From: Eledone cirrhosa
Taxonomy: Eukaryota
Direction of reading: 5' to 3'
DNA: 64,000 nucleotides
Assembly: GCA_964016885.1 (NCBI GenBank)
Contig: CAXHJY010000600.1
Coordinates: forward strand, 1-64,000
Shown: positions 59,426 through 64,000 of the stretch, piece by piece
Position numbering within the stretch: the first letter of the stretch is position 1
Layout: each line of letters begins with the position of its first letter
The notes under the pieces: model-generated
Told to the model about the DNA's origin: nothing
The model's database searches: none
The model's input: only the letters and a program-made list of their open reading frames with translations
Translations under genes and position numbers: made by a program

Positions 59426-59491
<66 letters not shown>

Positions 59492-59613
59492 GGTTGGGTG
59501 CGCCAAAGAAATCTATACACACTTCAACAACGTTGAAGTGTGTATACATTTCTTTGGCGCACCAAATGTATATATATATATAAGAAGTGTATACATTTCT
59601 TATATATATATAC

Positions 59614-59656
<43 letters not shown>

Positions 59657-60228
59657 CAAGTAATCAATGTTAGATCAAGCAATCGACGGTCTGTGGTGTA
59701 ATTAGACGTAACCACTCCACGACGTTGGTACCTTAAGGTATTGCCTATATAGTATTAGACGGTGTGTGTATATACACACACGCACACACAACTAGATCCG
59801 AACTGTTCAGATCTAGCTGTCGAAACGGCTGAAGCTCAGCCGTCGATGATCTGACTCTTTTCCTATTACCCACTCTACTACCCTAAGTATCGAGTACTCT
59901 GATATATACACACAGATAAAACCACCAATTAATGGTAGGGTCTAAACCGTATGAAGAACTCAATGTAATCCGTATGTAGATGTCGTGAAGCAAAGTTTAA
60001 AATACAAAATTTTCAACGATATAATTCATTGGATAAAGAGTCAAAAATACAAATAGTAAAACAATGAAATTAAACAAAAAACGGTTAATTCATAGTACAA
60101 CTCATTATTTTACGATCGTTTCTGGGGGGTAGTTCCCCGTATGTCCATTCTAATATTGATCTATGTAAAATATATTACAAAATATCATAGTAAGAAAATA
60201 TACATACGTCTTCACTACCCGCCGTCTT

Positions 60229-60347
60229 CACCTAAAGAAGGGCTTATGCCCGAAACGTCGTTCCCCACCACCACCCCACTCTCAAGAGCGTGAAACTAAT
60301 AAACCTTTGTTCGTACTGCCTCTCTATTTTGTTCCCGTTCAATTTTT

Positions 60348-60350
<3 letters not shown>
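60229..60350 (+). mobile_element. PLE-type insert with decayed minimal HHR
   Basis: CUAAAGA-A-GGGC-UUAU-GCCC-GAAACGUC (G5A change); tail shared with 22627-22703. Confidence 0.65.
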
Positions 60351-60404
<54 letters not shown>

Positions 60405-60459
60405 TTAATATAGATGAAATTCTACAGGACTAGAACTGTTTCATTCTTTAGAAATCATC

Positions 60460-60510
60460 AGATTCCTGATGATTTCTAAAGAATGAAACAGTTCTAGTCC
60501 TGTAGAATCT
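60460..60510 (+). ncRNA. Complete type I hammerhead ribozyme (family A) in fold-back insert 60401-60590
   Basis: AGAUUC-CUGAUGA-U-UUC-UAAA-GAA-U-GAAACAG-UUCUAGUC-CUGUA^-GAAUCU. Confidence 0.85.
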
Positions 60511-60588
60511 CATCTATATTAAAACTTTTATACTCTGCAATGTATTGAGTACCTTACTGTGGTTACCTCCGATTCAACCCGGAATAAC

Positions 60589-60709
<121 letters not shown>

Positions 60710-61129
60710 CCACTCCCACACATAATTCTGTTCATGATATTGTCCTGACAGCAAACGCGAATTGTTCTGTAGTGTTTACAACTTAACAGAGGTGAGTGTA
60801 TGTGAAAATATATTGAAACAAACCGATTATATTGTGCTGCGGTCTATATACCAATACAATGCCGGTCTATATACCAATACAATGCCGGATTTTCAGGTGT
60901 CCCGCGCTAAGTGTGTTATACTATATACTGAAAAAGTAGTATATGCTACAGGGATAAACGAATAAATTCTGTAATGTATTTGAACTGTGGTCTCCTTGAT
61001 ATTTTTTAGGGAGAATTAAAGAAAAAGTGATACACACACACACACACACGTGGCTGAATATATACATGCTTTTAGACACACCCACACACACATATGTATG
61101 TATATATATATATATATTTATATATATAA

Positions 61130-61263
61130 TCCAGAAAGAGCCGTCGAAACGGCTTGAGCTCTGCCGTCGGGGTCATACATTTTCCTATTACCCACTCTAC
61201 TACCCTAAGTATTGAGTACTCTGGTGTGTTATAGTCCATCTGGTTCCTTACCACAACTCCTTC

Positions 61264-61266
<3 letters not shown>
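61130..61266 (+). mobile_element. Family-B PLE-type insert
   Basis: GCCGTCGAAACGGCTTGAGCTCTGCCGTCGGGGTC plus tail; further copies at 56195-56289 and 59791-59901. Confidence 0.8.
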
Positions 61267-61305
<39 letters not shown>

Positions 61306-61365
61306 TGTATATATATGTGTGTGTGTAAAAGGTAAACAGAAATAACAAAAGTAACAAAAACAAAT

Positions 61366-61448
<83 letters not shown>

Positions 61449-61809
61449 TTCAGTACCTGTATGTTGATGTGAGACCATGTGCTGAAACTGAAGGGTGTGA
61501 ATTTGTTGACATAGATAAACACACAAACGCACACAAAGCGTTCACTTTTCATAGATTTCGTGGTGTCAAAATTATTGTCACACGTTTTATGATCTGATCG
61601 TTAACAGTGGAATTGTGTATTTGATCACACACCCATATATATATATATAATAGATTTTGAGTTTATGTTCGTTGTATACCAACACCTCAATATGCAGGCT
61701 GGAGCACTCGACGAAGTGCGTAGGTTGGTTTGGTTACTCCGGAGTAGTGTAAAATAAAGTTAAATAAAAGTCAAATGATTAAAATGATTAAAATTTAGCT
61801 TCGTTTATT

Positions 61810-61864
61810 ACTGCTATATATATTTCAGTGACAGCCATCTTTGGCTGTGACCTCTTCAGGCAGT
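61810..61864 (-). ncRNA. Complete type I hammerhead ribozyme
   Basis: ACUGC-CUGAAGA-GGUC-ACAGCCA-AAGA-UGGCUGU-CACU-GAAA-UAUAUA-UA^-GCAGU; lies between inverted arms ~61750-61807 and ~61992-62040. Confidence 0.82.
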
Positions 61865-62412
61865 TTGAATTAGTATGGTATAGACAAGTACATATGTTAT
61901 TTAGGTGTATGATATTGTCAATACTCTGATATGCCCAGTTCCTTGTTGGGTTGTTAATTCACTGGGGAACTGGAGTCATATGAATTCAAACAAACGAAGC
62001 TAAATTTTAATCATTTGACTTTTATTTAACTTTATTTTATATATATAATATATAGATATGTTTCTTTATTAGAAGTAATGTTTCTACTTTTGGCACAAAC
62101 CCAGCAATTAACCAGTGCATTACTGGTACTTTATTTTATCGAACCCGTAAGAGTAAAAGGCAAACCTATAACCTCGGCGGGATTTGAACTTAGAACGTAA
62201 ATGGCCATAACTCTATGCTGCAAAGCATGGTGTCTGACGTTCTACCGATGGATAGATAGATAGATATCTTTCTTTATTTGCCACAGGTAGATAGATAGAT
62301 AGATATGACTAGTGTCTGACTTTTTCCTGTTATATCAAGCGTAAACTAATTTATTTCTTCATCGTACTGTGTTGTTTGTTTTGTTGTTTCCGTTTACATT
62401 TTGCATGCAACA

Positions 62413-62444
<32 letters not shown>

Positions 62445-62876
62445 TATTTACTCACACATACTTTCTCTCCTCTTCCGTTTGCTGAACTGTCACCGATTTT
62501 GTTGTTTTGTAAATGTTCATACCTACATCTCTACATACATACACAACTAGTTAAGAAATTACAAGTACAATCCATTAATGGAACAGTAAAACTATGTAAA
62601 ACATTCCAAAAATGTTGCATCTAATAACTGCATATACACATGTACAGATGCAAAGCATATACACGTGCACACATACAACTCAAAACATACACATCCACAC
62701 ATACAATAACATCCATATCTACACATGCATACATACATACATATCTACCTAGTTGATGTTGTGTAAATTCTAATAGAGAGTCTTGTGTCTATGTTAGAAA
62801 CCAACTCTCTCTCTATTGGTAAAACTTTGTAAAATTATAAAACATACATACATACATACATACATACCTACATACA

Positions 62877-63207
62877 TGGTGGCTGCCAACTCGTTTTCGA
62901 GTACGGCCACTACTTTATATCCATGTAGGAGAACCCCTACCGATGCGCTGAACAAGTGTGACTTTTTAGTCCAGCCAACGACTTGAAAACTCTGGTACAA
63001 ACACTACACTTGTGACAATTATTGACACATGGTGCTGGACCCATGGTACCATGTGATGACAAGTGCAGAGAGATCTCCAGATATAAAGCAATGCCTGTGC
63101 CGTGAAGCTTTTATAGTGAGCAAAGGCACTGCACAAAGCCAGTCCCACTCTCTTGACCAAGATGATATTTACCAAAAAGAAGAACAAGTCAACATCATTG
63201 GATACCA
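62877..63207 (-). mobile_element. Non-autonomous RTE-derived element (second copy)
   Basis: Reverse complement of 17474-17805; in (TACA)n; short duplicate at ~63265-63310. Confidence 0.8.
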
Positions 63208-63235
63208 TACATACATACATACATACATACATACA

Positions 63236-63268
<33 letters not shown>

Positions 63269-63362
63269 CATTTACCAAAAAGAAGAACAAGTCAACATCA
63301 TTGGATACCATACATACATACATACATACATACATACATACATACATACATACATACATACA

Positions 63363-64000
63363 AATATCATTAGAATAGCGACTGATCTGGAGGAGAGATA
63401 TGGAATAAAGCCTGATATAAATCTCTCACCCAGAGAAATCGGAAGATCCTATTCAATGTTCAAACAAGAAAAAAAAATTGACCAATTTACAGAGAAAGTT
63501 GTGCATGGATACTTGAGGCGTAAAACACAGACCATAGAGGGGATAAACCACTCAAAAAGCCTGGCATGGAGTTCCGACAAGTTTATGACATCACACCTTG
63601 AGGGATATCTCTATGCAATACAGGAACAAGAACTCCCTACCAAATATCTGCTGCACAAAAGAGGAGGGCCAGCAGCTGACAATAAATGTAGGCTATGTAA
63701 AACAAAGATCGAGGATGTAAGCCACATTGTTGCCAGCTGCGAAAGAATGTCATCTCGCTACTACCTCCCCATGAGACACGATGGGATAGCTAGAACTATC
63801 TGGAACGCACTTCGGAAAACAAAATTAACAACAAACGAGGAAGAATATATTGAGACAGATGGCACTAAGGAATACTGGTGGAACCTGAAAATAAAAACTG
63901 CCACCAAATTAAAGCACAACCGGCCTAATATTGTAGTTTGGGACCACACATTGAAAACGTGTTCTGTTGTGGAGATCAGCTGCCCACTTGATGTAAACGT
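63363..64000 (+). mobile_element. 5'-truncated R4/Dong-like LINE ORF, runs off the window
   Basis: Open frame: KVVHGY...EGYLYAIQEQELPTKY...KCRLCK...EDVSHIVASC...RHD...HNRPNIVVWD...VVEISCP. Confidence 0.9.

Overview
AT-rich, microsatellite-saturated eukaryotic DNA with no convincing host protein-coding gene. The tRNA-derived SINE families resemble those described from Octopus, so a cephalopod origin is inferred. Recognisable elements: a near full-length but inactivated Tx1/L1-clade LINE (10190-15872, minus), R4/Dong-like REL-endonuclease LINE fragments, RTE and CR1-like fragments, a decayed Penelope-like (PLE) RT/GIY-YIG remnant, a deleted mariner with ~100-bp TIRs, Tc1/mariner and hAT MITEs, Helitron-like elements and many SINEs. 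The main hidden signal is RNA-level: many short non-coding inserts between (TA)n tracts carry type I hammerhead ribozyme (HHR) motifs from several unrelated sequence families, often as fold-back palindromes. They include a young ~500-bp tandem array (2280-4865) with one minimal, probably dimer-dependent HHR per unit (retrozyme-like), and HHRs with the compensatory U3-A8 core. All folds were read by eye and none is tested for activity.
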